The translations under genes and the position numbers were made by a program. This document shows positions 18,198 through 26,918 of a stretch of 64,000 nt of DNA, piece after piece. Positions within the stretch are counted from its first letter, which is position 1. The number at the start of each line of letters is the position of its first letter. The notes below the pieces were generated by a model that was not told the DNA's origin, ran no database searches, and worked only from the letters and a program-made list of their open reading frames with translations. The stretch covers positions 722 through 64,721 of the forward strand of contig LAEA01000219.1 in the NCBI GenBank assembly GCA_000961745.1, written 5' to 3'. The stretch is from Rhodospirillaceae bacterium BRH_c57 (lineage in GTDB: Bacteria; Pseudomonadota; Alphaproteobacteria; Rhodospirillales; Rhodospirillaceae).

Positions 18198-20903
18198 ATG
18201 AGCGTGCGTAACCTCAAGAAGCTGTTCCACCCGAACGCCGTTGCCGTGATCGGAGCGTCCAACACGCCCGGCACCCTCGGCGAATTGTTCATGCGCAACC
18301 TGCTGGCCGGGGGCTTCAAAGGCCCGATCATGCCAGTGACGGGCTCGGTGACGGAGACGGTGAAGGGCAAGGCGCAGCCGCCCAGCCTGTCCGTCCATGG
18401 CGTCCTGGCCTATTCCGATGTCGCCGCCCTGCCCCTGACGCCGGACCTTGCGGTGGTCTGCACCCCGCCCGAAACCATCCCCGATATCATCGAGGCCCTG
18501 GGCGCGCGCGGCTGCGGTGCCGTGGTGCTGGCGACCGCCGGCCTCGGCCCCCACGCAGAGGCCGCCAGCGCCATCGCCCGACGATTCGGAATACGCCTTC
18601 TCGGCCCCAACAGCCTGGGCGTCATGGTGCCCAACTGCGGCCTCAACGCCAGCACGGCCCATCGCCCGGCCAATCCGGGGCGCATCGCCTTCGTGTCTCA
18701 GTCGGGCACGCTGGGCACTGCCGTCCTCGACTGGGCACGGCCCAAGAACGTGGGCTTTTCGCACGTCGTGTCGGTGGGTGACGGCACCGATCTGGACTTT
18801 GGGGACCTGCTCGACTACCTGGGCTCGGACCCCGAGGCGCGGGCCATCCTGATCTATCTGAACGGCATCCGCGACGCGCGAACCTTCATGTCGGCCGCCC
18901 GTGCCGCCGCCCGCAACAAGCCTGTCCTGGTCATCAAGGGCGGGCGCGGGATCGAGGACGGCTCCGGCGCCCCGGTCACCACCGATGCCGTTTATGACGC
19001 CGCCTTCCGCCGCGCCGGCATGTTGCGGGTCTATGAGATCGAGGAACTGTTTGCTGCCGTGGAGACGCTCAGCGTCCTCCACCGGCCCAAGGGCGAGCGC
19101 TTGGCCATCCTCGGCAACAGCGGCGGCATCGCCATGCTGGCGGCCGATGACCTGCGCGACCTGGGCGGCAAGCTTGCCGACCTGAGCCCGGAAACCCTGG
19201 CCCGCCTGGACGCCGCCCTGCCGGCCGAGGTGGTGCGTACGAACCCGCTCGATCTCCATTCCGACGCCGACGGCAGCCGGTACGCCGCCGCGCTCGGCGC
19301 CCTGGCCCTGGCCCGCGAGGTTGACGCCATCCTGTGCATGCATGCCCCCGTGGCCGTGACCTCGGCCTCGGAAATCGCCGGCAAGGTGGTGGAGACGGCG
19401 CGCCAGACACGGCGGCTGGCCGTCACCACTTGCTTCGTGGGCGCCGACGAGGTGGCCGACGCCCGCCAGATTTTCCATCAGGCCGGCATGCCGACCTACG
19501 AGACGCCCCGCCAGGCCGTGCAGGCGTTCATGCACACGGTGCAGCATCGCCGCAACCAGGAACTCCTCATGGAGACCCCGGCCAGCCTGCCGACCGAGTT
19601 CACCGCCAACACCAGCATGGCCCGCCAGATCATCGACGCCGCCCTGGAACGCGGCCACCACGTTTTGAACGAGGCCGAGGCCAAGGCTCTGCTCGCCGCC
19701 TATGGCATTCCCGCAGTCGAAACCCACATCGCCCGCACGCCCGAGGAAGCCCGCGCGGTCGGTGCCGAGATGGGCGGCACGCTGGTGCTCAAGATCATCG
19801 CGCCCGACATTCCCCATAAGCTGGAACACGGCGGCGTGCGTCTCAACATCGAGGACCCGGCGGAGCTGGAACAGGCCGCCCGCCTGATGGCCGAACGCTT
19901 CGGCAAGCGCTTCCCCGACGTCCGCCTGGACGGTTTCACCATCCAGCGCATGGAGCGTCGCCCCGGCGCCACGGAACTCGCCATCAAGGTCGCCACCGAC
20001 CCGGTGTTCGGGCCGGTCATCCAGTTTGGGCGCGGTGGCCCGGTAGCCGACATCCTGGGCGACCACGCGGTTGGCCTGCCGCCCCTGAACATGGCGCTGG
20101 CCCGCGAACTGGCGCAGCGCACCCGCGCGTGGCGGCTGCTCGGCGGGTATCCGGGCCACGAGCCAGCGGATACCGAGGCGCTGTGCCTGACCCTCATCCA
20201 GGTCGCCCAGATGGTTATCGACCTGCCCCAGATCCAGGGCCTGGAGATCGACCCGCTGTTCGCCGACCATCAGGGCGTTGTGGCCCTGGACGCCCGCGTC
20301 TTCATCCAGCATTCCGACGACCGCAGCGGCGCCGACCGGCTGGCCATCCGGCCCTATCCGCGCGAACTGGAGGAAGATTTCGTGATGAAGAACGGGCGGA
20401 CCGTCCACCTCCGCCCGCTGCGGCCCGAGGACGAGCCGAACCACCATGTGTTCGTGTCACGCCTGACCTCCGAGGACATCCGCTTCCGCTTCTTCGGTCT
20501 GGTGCAGGAACTGCCGCATTCGCAGATGGCCCGCCTGACCCAGATCGACTACGACCGCGAAATGGCCTTCATCGCCACCGCCCGCTGCGAAGACGATCCG
20601 TCCAAGGTCGAAACCTTGGGCGTGGTGCGCGCTGTCACCGACCCCGACAACGATGATACCGAGTTTTCCATCGTGGTGCGCTCCGACCTCAAGGGCAGCG
20701 GCCTGGCCAAGGCGCTAATGCTCAAGATCATCCGTTATTGCCGCGACCGGGGAACCCGGACGATGGCCGGACAGGTCCTGGCCGACAACCACCGCATGCT
20801 GTCGTTCGTGGAGTCCCTGGGCTTCCGCCGCCTGCGGGTGATCGACGGCGACGTGGTCGAAATAGAACTCGACCTTCAGGCCCCGGAGCCAGGACTGGGG
20901 TAG
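18198..20903 (+). CDS. pat: Protein lysine acetyltransferase (Pat/Pka type: NDP-forming acyl-CoA synthetase-like domains, ATP-grasp, C-terminal GNAT)
   Basis: VAVIGAS, LLGPNSLG, SQSG, DPVFGPVI, LAIRPYP, RLTQIDYDREMAFIA and EFSIVVRSDLKGSGL motifs. Confidence 0.9.
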   Translation: MSVRNLKKLFHPNAVAVIGASNTPGTLGELFMRNLLAGGFKGPIMPVTGSVTETVKGKAQPPSLSVHGVLAYSDVAALPLTPDLAVVCTPPETIPDIIEALGARGCGAVVLATAGLGPHAEAASAIARRFGIRLLGPNSLGVMVPNCGLNASTAHRPANPGRIAFVSQSGTLGTAVLDWARPKNVGFSHVVSVGDGTDLDFGDLLDYLGSDPEARAILIYLNGIRDARTFMSAARAAARNKPVLVIKGGRGIEDGSGAPVTTDAVYDAAFRRAGMLRVYEIEELFAAVETLSVLHRPKGERLAILGNSGGIAMLAADDLRDLGGKLADLSPETLARLDAALPAEVVRTNPLDLHSDADGSRYAAALGALALAREVDAILCMHAPVAVTSASEIAGKVVETARQTRRLAVTTCFVGADEVADARQIFHQAGMPTYETPRQAVQAFMHTVQHRRNQELLMETPASLPTEFTANTSMARQIIDAALERGHHVLNEAEAKALLAAYGIPAVETHIARTPEEARAVGAEMGGTLVLKIIAPDIPHKLEHGGVRLNIEDPAELEQAARLMAERFGKRFPDVRLDGFTIQRMERRPGATELAIKVATDPVFGPVIQFGRGGPVADILGDHAVGLPPLNMALARELAQRTRAWRLLGGYPGHEPADTEALCLTLIQVAQMVIDLPQIQGLEIDPLFADHQGVVALDARVFIQHSDDRSGADRLAIRPYPRELEEDFVMKNGRTVHLRPLRPEDEPNHHVFVSRLTSEDIRFRFFGLVQELPHSQMARLTQIDYDREMAFIATARCEDDPSKVETLGVVRAVTDPDNDDTEFSIVVRSDLKGSGLAKALMLKIIRYCRDRGTRTMAGQVLADNHRMLSFVESLGFRRLRVIDGDVVEIELDLQAPEPGLG

Positions 20904-20926
20904 CATCCCGGCTTCACTCCAGGACG

Positions 20927-21046
20927 TTCCACTGGCGCGGACGGGCTCCCGCCCGAACCCGTCTGGAGCAAGCTCCAAACATCCTTTTTTCTTAAAGAAA
21001 ATAAGGGGTTCGGGAACACCCCGAGCCGGCGCGGGCAGCAGCCCGC
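20927..21046 (+). repeat. Class-II palindromic element, copy 2 (between convergent pat and znuB)
   Basis: Same blocks as 11152-11280. Confidence 0.9.
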
Positions 21047-21068
21047 CTTTTTTTTCCGGCAAGCCGCT

Positions 21069-21869
21069 TTACCGTGACCGTCGCGCCGCGCCGATCAGCA
21101 GGCTCGCCATAAACAGGCTGAAGGCGGTCACCACGATGGACGGCCCGGTGGGCGTATCCCATTGGACCGAGGCGAGGATGCCCCCGACCACGGCCATGCT
21201 GCCAATGCCCGACGCAACGACCGCCATGTGTCCGGGCGTCGAAACGAACGGCCGCGCCGCCGCTGCGGGAATGACCAGCAGCGACGTGACCAGCAGGATG
21301 CCGACGATGTTCATGGCCGCCGCCACCACCACGGCGATCAGCAGCATCAAGGCGAACTGCATGGCCTGAACCGGCACGCCCTCGGCGGCGGCGAGGTCGG
21401 CGTGCACAGTGGCCGACAGCATGGGCCGCCATAATACCACCAGAACGGCCAACACGATGATCCCCCCACCCCACACCCACATGAGATTTTCGGGGGTGAC
21501 CGCCAGGATATCGCCGAACAGGTAGCCCATCAGATCGACCCGCACGGTTTCCATCAACGACAGCGCCACCAGCCCGAGAGCCAGCGCGGTGTGGGAAAAG
21601 ATGCCGAGCAGCGTGTCCGAGCCCCACCGTCCCTGCCGCAGCAGCAGCGTCATCATGCCGGCCAGGGCCACGCCCACCAGCACGATGGCGCCGCTGGTCG
21701 GAACATGCAGCAGCAGCCCCAAGGCGACGCCGAGCAAGGCCGCGTGAGCCATCGTGTCGCCGAAGTACGCCATGCGCCGCCACACGATGAAACAACCCAG
21801 CGGGCCACCCACCAGGGCGACGCCCAGCCCGGCCACCACGGCCCGCACCACGAAATCCTCCAGAAACAC
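21069..21869 (-). CDS. znuB: Zinc ABC transporter permease
   Basis: GPLGCFIVWRRMAYFGDTMAHAALLG, DLMGYLFGDILAV and DTPTGPSIV motifs. Confidence 0.95.
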   Translation of the reverse strand: MFLEDFVVRAVVAGLGVALVGGPLGCFIVWRRMAYFGDTMAHAALLGVALGLLLHVPTSGAIVLVGVALAGMMTLLLRQGRWGSDTLLGIFSHTALALGLVALSLMETVRVDLMGYLFGDILAVTPENLMWVWGGGIIVLAVLVVLWRPMLSATVHADLAAAEGVPVQAMQFALMLLIAVVVAAAMNIVGILLVTSLLVIPAAAARPFVSTPGHMAVVASGIGSMAVVGGILASVQWDTPTGPSIVVTAFSLFMASLLIGAARRSR

Positions 21870-21895
21870 CTCATGTCCTCCGTGCGCACGCCCTT

Positions 21896-21918
21896 GAAAT
21901 GTTATAGTGTATCAAACA
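21896..21918. promoter_or_regulatory. Zur box between divergent znuB and znuA
   Basis: GAAATGTTATA-G-TGTATCAAACA; left half matches the GAAATGTTATA-N-TATAACATTTC consensus exactly. Confidence 0.75.
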
Positions 21919-21953
21919 TCAGGAAGCAGCATCCCACTGACAGGATTAAAACC

Positions 21954-22922
21954 ATGCGCCACCGCCTTCTATCCAGCGTTTTCGCGCTGGTCACCCTGAT
22001 TACCCTGCCCGCTCATGCAGCGGCCGAAACTCCGGCAGTGGTTGCCAGCATTCACCCGGTGGAATCCCTGGTGGCCTCGGTCATGGCCGGCGTCGGGTCG
22101 CCGGATCGCTTGCTGCCTCCGGGCGCCTCGCCCCACAGTTACGCTCTCAAACCATCGGAGGCCCGGATGCTGAGCGAGGCCGACGTGGTGTTCTGGGTCG
22201 GGCCGGACCTGGAGACGTTTCTGGAGCACGCCCTTGAAAGCCTGACCAAGGACGCCCGTATCGCCGCCTTGTCCACGGCCGACAGCGTGGTCCGCCTGCC
22301 CGCCCGCACCGGCGGCACCTGGGAGCACGGCCATGAGGATGAGCATGACCACGAAGAAGAACACGGGCACGGCCATGAGGACGACCACGCCCACGGCGCC
22401 ATGGATTCCCACATGTGGCTCGACCCGCGCAATGCGCAGGCCTGGACGGCGGCCATTGCCCACCATCTGACAGTCGTCGATCCGGCCAATGCCGAGGCTT
22501 ACGCCCGCAACGCCGCAGCCACCCAGCAGCGGATCATAGCCCTGGAAGACCGTCTGGCCGCCCGCCTCGCCGGCGTGAAGACCGTGCCGTACATCGTATT
22601 CCACGACGCCTACCAGTATTTCGAACACCGCTTCGGACTGAGCCCGGCCGGTGCCGTAACGGTCTCGCCCGAGCAGGCTCCCGGCGCGCGGCGGGTGGCC
22701 GAACTGCGCGATCTGGTGCAGACCACCAACGCCGCCTGTGTGTTCGCCGAACCGCAATTCGAGCCGCGCCTGGTTCAAGTGGTGGTGGAGGGCACCAACG
22801 CCGCCACCGGAGTGCTCGATCCCCTGGGCACCAAGCTGCCGCCCGGCCCGGACCTTTACTTCACCATGATGGAAAACCTCGCCGACTCCCTGGTCGCCTG
22901 CCTCACACCCGCAGCCCGGTAA
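21954..22922 (+). CDS. znuA: Zinc ABC transporter substrate-binding protein
   Basis: Signal peptide, GASPHSYALKPS, His-rich loop HEHGHEDEHDHEEEHGHGHEDDHAH, DSHMWLDP, FHDAYQYFE. Confidence 0.95.
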   Translation: MRHRLLSSVFALVTLITLPAHAAAETPAVVASIHPVESLVASVMAGVGSPDRLLPPGASPHSYALKPSEARMLSEADVVFWVGPDLETFLEHALESLTKDARIAALSTADSVVRLPARTGGTWEHGHEDEHDHEEEHGHGHEDDHAHGAMDSHMWLDPRNAQAWTAAIAHHLTVVDPANAEAYARNAAATQQRIIALEDRLAARLAGVKTVPYIVFHDAYQYFEHRFGLSPAGAVTVSPEQAPGARRVAELRDLVQTTNAACVFAEPQFEPRLVQVVVEGTNAATGVLDPLGTKLPPGPDLYFTMMENLADSLVACLTPAAR

Positions 22923-22965
22923 ATCGCCGCTCAGGTCTACTACAGCGTAAGCGCTACGCCGCCCC

Positions 22966-23005
22966 CCTCCAACGACACTGACGGTAATGTCCGTGTCGTT
23001 GGAGG
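22966..23005. terminator. Inverted repeat downstream of znuA (probable terminator)
   Basis: CCTCCAACGACAC ... GTGTCGTTGGAGG 13-bp stem followed by TTTGG. Confidence 0.6.
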
Positions 23006-23171
23006 TTTGGCTTTAAGACGAGACGACCAAATGGCTATCCTTTTGTGTTACCCCCATCGGAAGTGAATCGCATCGCCCCGCCGATGGGAATCCCCCTGCA
23101 ATTCACATCAAAGGCAAACCGCTTTAACCATGAAGAAACATTCCAAATCCGGAATGTGCCGTGCTCGACGC

Positions 23172-23270
23172 AAAAAAAGAGCCGCGTCGAAACGCGGCCC
23201 AAGTTTAGGGAGGAAACGTCCAAGAAAGACAACACAGCTTCGCCAAAGGCGATGGACACACTGTGTTGCG
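23172..23270 (-). ncRNA. mmgR: MmgR / suhB (alpha-r8) family small RNA
   Basis: Minus strand: 5' hairpin CAACACAG..CTGTGTTG, the anti-SD core TTGGACGTTTCCTCCCTAAACTTG, then terminator GGCCGCGTTTCGACGCGGCTC-T7; TTGTGCA heptamer over the -10 region, as recalled for mmgR promoters. Confidence 0.85.
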
Positions 23271-23278
23271 GTGCACAA
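23264..23278. promoter_or_regulatory. Putative PhaR/AniA operator overlapping the mmgR -10/TSS
   Basis: TTGTGCACCGCAACA on the minus strand; candidate -35 TTTACA at 23300-23305. Confidence 0.7.
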
Positions 23279-23420
23279 TATCGCAGACCGGAATGACTCT
23301 GTAAAGCCTAAAATGTTCCCTTGCAGGTCAGTGGGTTGACCCTGATCAGCGTCAAGAGTGCGCACTGCAGCATTTTCGGCCCTTGAGCGGCCATCACAGG
23401 CCTTTTGCTGGTCCGGCGTT

Positions 23421-24101
23421 CTAGTGATTCAGCGCGGCCTGTGTGCCCGGCGTCTGCCAGCCGTTTTCCAGGGCGATACGCACGGCCTGGGCGCGGTTGG
23501 CGGCGCCCAGCTTGCGGTAGATGTTGCGCAGGTGGACCTTGACGGTGATTTCCTGAACGGTCAGTTGGCGGGCGATTTCCTTGTTGGTGCCGCCGGCAAT
23601 CATCAGAGTCAGGATGTCGCGTTCGCGGGCACTCAGCTTGTCGAGCACCGAACCCGGCTGCTCTCCACCATTGACGCCACGCCGTGCGATGCCGCCACTC
23701 TCGACCGCAGCCTCCAGGGCGAACGACGGAAAGAACCGCTCGCCGCTGAGGACCAGCCGCAGGGCGTTCTGGGTCGCCGGGCCGCCAAACGTCTTGGGGA
23801 TGTAGCCGGCCGCACCTTCGTGCAGGGCCATCAGCACATCCTCGATCTCGACCGAGGCCGACAGGATCACCACGGGCGTCTGCGGGAACCGGCGCCGGAA
23901 ATTGGCGAGGCCCCCCTCCTGCATTCCGGGCATCCGAAGATCGAGGATGACAAGAGTCGGAATGGGACCTTCGACCGCCTCTTCCATGGCGCGGTCATAC
24001 GACTCGGCCTCAACCACTTCGACCTGAGTCGCAAGCTCATCGAGAAAAGGTCGGATCCCGGCCCGCACCAGTTCATGGTCGTCTGCCAGAATAATCCGCA
24101 T
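23421..24101 (-). CDS. NarL/FixJ-family response regulator (REC + LuxR HTH)
   Basis: MRIILADDHELVRAG, ILDLRMPG and LSARERDIL..GGTNKEIARQL..TVKVHLRNIYRKLG motifs. Confidence 0.93.
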   Translation of the reverse strand: MRIILADDHELVRAGIRPFLDELATQVEVVEAESYDRAMEEAVEGPIPTLVILDLRMPGMQEGGLANFRRRFPQTPVVILSASVEIEDVLMALHEGAAGYIPKTFGGPATQNALRLVLSGERFFPSFALEAAVESGGIARRGVNGGEQPGSVLDKLSARERDILTLMIAGGTNKEIARQLTVQEITVKVHLRNIYRKLGAANRAQAVRIALENGWQTPGTQAALNH

Positions 24102-24287
24102 ACCTTGCTCTCCCTGCCGCCGAACGTGCAACTTTCTTAATCCTACCCAACTGTATAGTAGCGTCAAGGCGTCTGGCGAGGTACCTGTGAAATGGTGCGC
24201 TACCGTATCCTTTGGTGCATGAAGATGCTACCCTCGGCCGCTTTGATAAAGGCCGTCAGCGGGCGGGCTGACGCGGAAAGGACTGGT

Positions 24288-24719
24288 ATGGCCCTACTCG
24301 AATGGAACGATAAGATGAGCGTTGGCGTTCCAGCGCTCGACGAGGATCACAAAAAGCTGTTGGCGCTGGTCAACGAGCTTCATTCAGTCGTGAGGAAACA
24401 GTCCCCGCCGGATGCCATAGAACGGGTCATGCGTGACTTGGTCAGCTACGCCGACTACCATTTCGAAGCCGAAGAACGCCTGATGCGCCTCGCCCGCTAC
24501 CCCGACCTGGAAGCGCACCAGCGCAGCCACGAGGAGTTGGGAAAGCAGGTCGAGGCCATGGGCCAACGCTTCCTGCGCGAAGGCCCCGCCGTCCGCATCA
24601 AGATGTTCGACTTCCTGTCGGACTGGCTGATGCGCCACATCCTGGGCGAGGACATGAAATACAAGGACGCCCTGGCCGCCCGCGCCCGCCCGAAGGCCGT
24701 TCCCGAAACGGAAGCTTGA
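24288..24719 (+). CDS. Single-domain bacteriohemerythrin
   Basis: WNDKMSVGVPALDEDH, HFEAEE, HQRSH, WLMRHILGED; AAGGA RBS. Confidence 0.93.
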   Translation: MALLEWNDKMSVGVPALDEDHKKLLALVNELHSVVRKQSPPDAIERVMRDLVSYADYHFEAEERLMRLARYPDLEAHQRSHEELGKQVEAMGQRFLREGPAVRIKMFDFLSDWLMRHILGEDMKYKDALAARARPKAVPETEA

Positions 24720-24754
24720 CGGCCGGTGCGTCAAGTAGAAAAGGCCAAAGAAAT

Positions 24755-24936
24755 GCGGGCTCTGCCCGCGCCCGCCAGGAGCCTCGGGCTCCTGGACTTC
24801 GGGAATTAGGGGCAGCTAAGCCGCGCGCAGCGCATCAAATGGTTCTACCGTCTGCCTGCGGCGCAAGAGACGGCACGAAACCCCCTCATGGGTTCCAAGG
24901 GCCTTTCGGCCCTTGGCGGGTCCGGGCAGAGCCCGG
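24755..24936 (-). repeat. Class-I palindromic element, copy B
   Basis: Reverse complement aligns block by block with 4101-4280. Confidence 0.9.
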
Positions 24937-24955
24937 TCCTCCCTCCAATGTGACG

Positions 24956-25594
24956 TCAGGTTCCGGCGTCTGGCTGCGCTTCCGGGGCTGCGGCAGCGAA
25001 AGCGTCCAGCGCACGGCAGGTTTCATCGATACGCACCAGCGTCGGGTACGGCGTCAGGTCGATGTTGAAACGGCGCGCATTGTACATCTGCGGCACTAGG
25101 CAGATGTCGGCCATGGTGGGCGAGTCGCCGTGCACAAAGGCGCCACTGCCCGCCGCCATGGCCTCCAGGCCCTTCAGCCCCTCGCCGGTCCAATGGCGAT
25201 ACCAAGCGAGTTTTTCCTCCTCGCCCTGCCCCACCACGCTAACCAGATGCTTGAGCACCCGCAGGTTGGTCAATGGATGGATCTCGCAGGCGATGGCCTG
25301 GCAGAAGGCCCGCACCCGCGCCCGCCCCACCGCATCGGCCGGCAGCAACGGCGGCGTCGGGTGCGTTTCGTCCAGATACTCCATGATCGCCAGCGACTGG
25401 GTCAGCGCCACGCCGCCGTCCTCCAGGGTCGGCAGGATGCCCTGGGGGTTGAGCGCCATGTAGTCGGCCTTGCGGTGCTCGCCGCCATCACGCAGCAGAT
25501 GCACCGGCACGATCTCGTACTCCAGCCCCTTGAGGTTGAGCGCGATGCGCGCCCGGTAGGCCGTCGATGACCGCCAGTAGGAATAGAGCTTCAT
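24956..25594 (-). CDS. maiA: Maleylacetoacetate isomerase (GST zeta)
   Basis: MKLYSYWRSSTAYRARIALNLKG, IACEIHPLTNLRVL and ADICLVPQMYNARRF motifs. Confidence 0.95.
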   Translation of the reverse strand: MKLYSYWRSSTAYRARIALNLKGLEYEIVPVHLLRDGGEHRKADYMALNPQGILPTLEDGGVALTQSLAIMEYLDETHPTPPLLPADAVGRARVRAFCQAIACEIHPLTNLRVLKHLVSVVGQGEEEKLAWYRHWTGEGLKGLEAMAAGSGAFVHGDSPTMADICLVPQMYNARRFNIDLTPYPTLVRIDETCRALDAFAAAAPEAQPDAGT

Positions 25595-25619
25595 GCCAAT
25601 GCCTCCCGTTAAATAAGGA

Positions 25620-25798
25620 CTGGGCGCTGCCCAGACCCGCAAGGGGCCGAGCGGCCCCTTGACCCCATGTATTACAGTGCTTTCCTTGCGCCGCAGGCAT
25701 TCTTCCCAGCGCCCTCAAATGCGCTGCGCGCGGCAAGAAGAACGCCATTCCCGAGGTCCAGGAGGCCGCGCCTCCTGGCGGGCGCGGGCAGAGCCCGC
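25620..25798 (+). repeat. Class-I palindromic element, copy C (inside the hmg operon)
   Basis: Same conserved blocks as copy A. Confidence 0.9.
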
Positions 25799-25804
25799 CT
25801 TTTC

Positions 25805-26821
25805 TTACGCCCCCTTATACTTCACCACTTCGTTTTCGATGCTGCCGAAGATGGACTTTCCGGCGGCGTCGAACATCTCGATACGGATGGTGTCTCCAAA
25901 ACGCATGAAAGGCGTGGACGGCTTGCCGCTGTTGATCGTTTCAATCATGCGGACCTCGGCGATGCACGAATACCCCACTCCGCCGTCGGCCACCGCCGAC
26001 CCATGGTCGGTGTCCTGCTTGTTCGACACCGTGCCGGACCCGATGATGCACCCGGCGCCGAGCGGCCGGGTCTTGGCGGCGTGGGCGATCAGGGCCGGGA
26101 AGTTGAACACCATGTCCTGGCCGGCGTCGGGCTTGCCGAACAATTCGCCGTTCAGGTGGCTGATGAGCGGCAACTGGACCCGGCCATCCTGCCAGGCACC
26201 ACCCAGTTCGTCGGGCGTCACGGCGACCGGCGAGAATACGCTCGACGGCTTGGACTGGAAGAAGCCGAAGCCCTTGGCCAGTTCGCCGGGAATGAGGCCA
26301 CGCAGCGACACGTCATTGACCAGCATGACCAGCCGGATGGCGCCGGCTGCCTGGGCCGGGCTGGCGCCCATGGGGACGTCGCCGGTGATGACGGCCACCT
26401 CACCCTCGAAGTCGATGCCCCACGCCTCGTCGCCCATCGGAATGGGGTCATGCGGGGCGAGGAAGGCGTCGGACCCGCCCTGGTACATCAGCGGATCGGT
26501 CCAGAAGGTGTCGGGCATTTCGGCGCCACGGGCCTTGCGAACCAATTCGACGTGGTTGACGTAGGCCGACCCGTCGGCCCACTGGTAGGCGCGCGGCAGC
26601 GGCGAATGGGCCTTGTCCTGGTCAAACGCCTCGGCACCCTCGACCTGGCCGGCGTTCAGCGCCTCATAAACCTCGCGCAGCTTGGGTTCCGTGCTGCTCC
26701 ACGAATCGAGCGCGGCCTGCAGGGTGGGCGCGATGGCCGGCACGGCGACGCAGGTCGACAGGTCGCGGGACACCACGACCAGACGGCCGTCGCGACCATT
26801 CTTCAGGCTGGCGAGCTTCAT
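25805..26821 (-). CDS. Fumarylacetoacetate hydrolase family protein
   Basis: MKLASLKNGRDGRLVVVSRDL, SPLPRAYQWADGSAY, DFEGE, LVNDVSLR and GSGTVSN motifs; lies between hmgA and maiA. Confidence 0.92.
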   Translation of the reverse strand: MKLASLKNGRDGRLVVVSRDLSTCVAVPAIAPTLQAALDSWSSTEPKLREVYEALNAGQVEGAEAFDQDKAHSPLPRAYQWADGSAYVNHVELVRKARGAEMPDTFWTDPLMYQGGSDAFLAPHDPIPMGDEAWGIDFEGEVAVITGDVPMGASPAQAAGAIRLVMLVNDVSLRGLIPGELAKGFGFFQSKPSSVFSPVAVTPDELGGAWQDGRVQLPLISHLNGELFGKPDAGQDMVFNFPALIAHAAKTRPLGAGCIIGSGTVSNKQDTDHGSAVADGGVGYSCIAEVRMIETINSGKPSTPFMRFGDTIRIEMFDAAGKSIFGSIENEVVKYKGA

Positions 26822-26918
26822 GGGTGCGTTCCTCGAATATCATCGTTGCTTGGTGAATTGAAACACGTCCACCGCCGGGGCGGTCAACCCCGGCGGTGGC
26901 GTCAGGCACAAAAGAGGC

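Noticed and set aside
23035-23365. Several short ORFs between znuA and the NarL regulator
   Set aside because: Better explained by the MmgR sRNA, its promoter and terminator.
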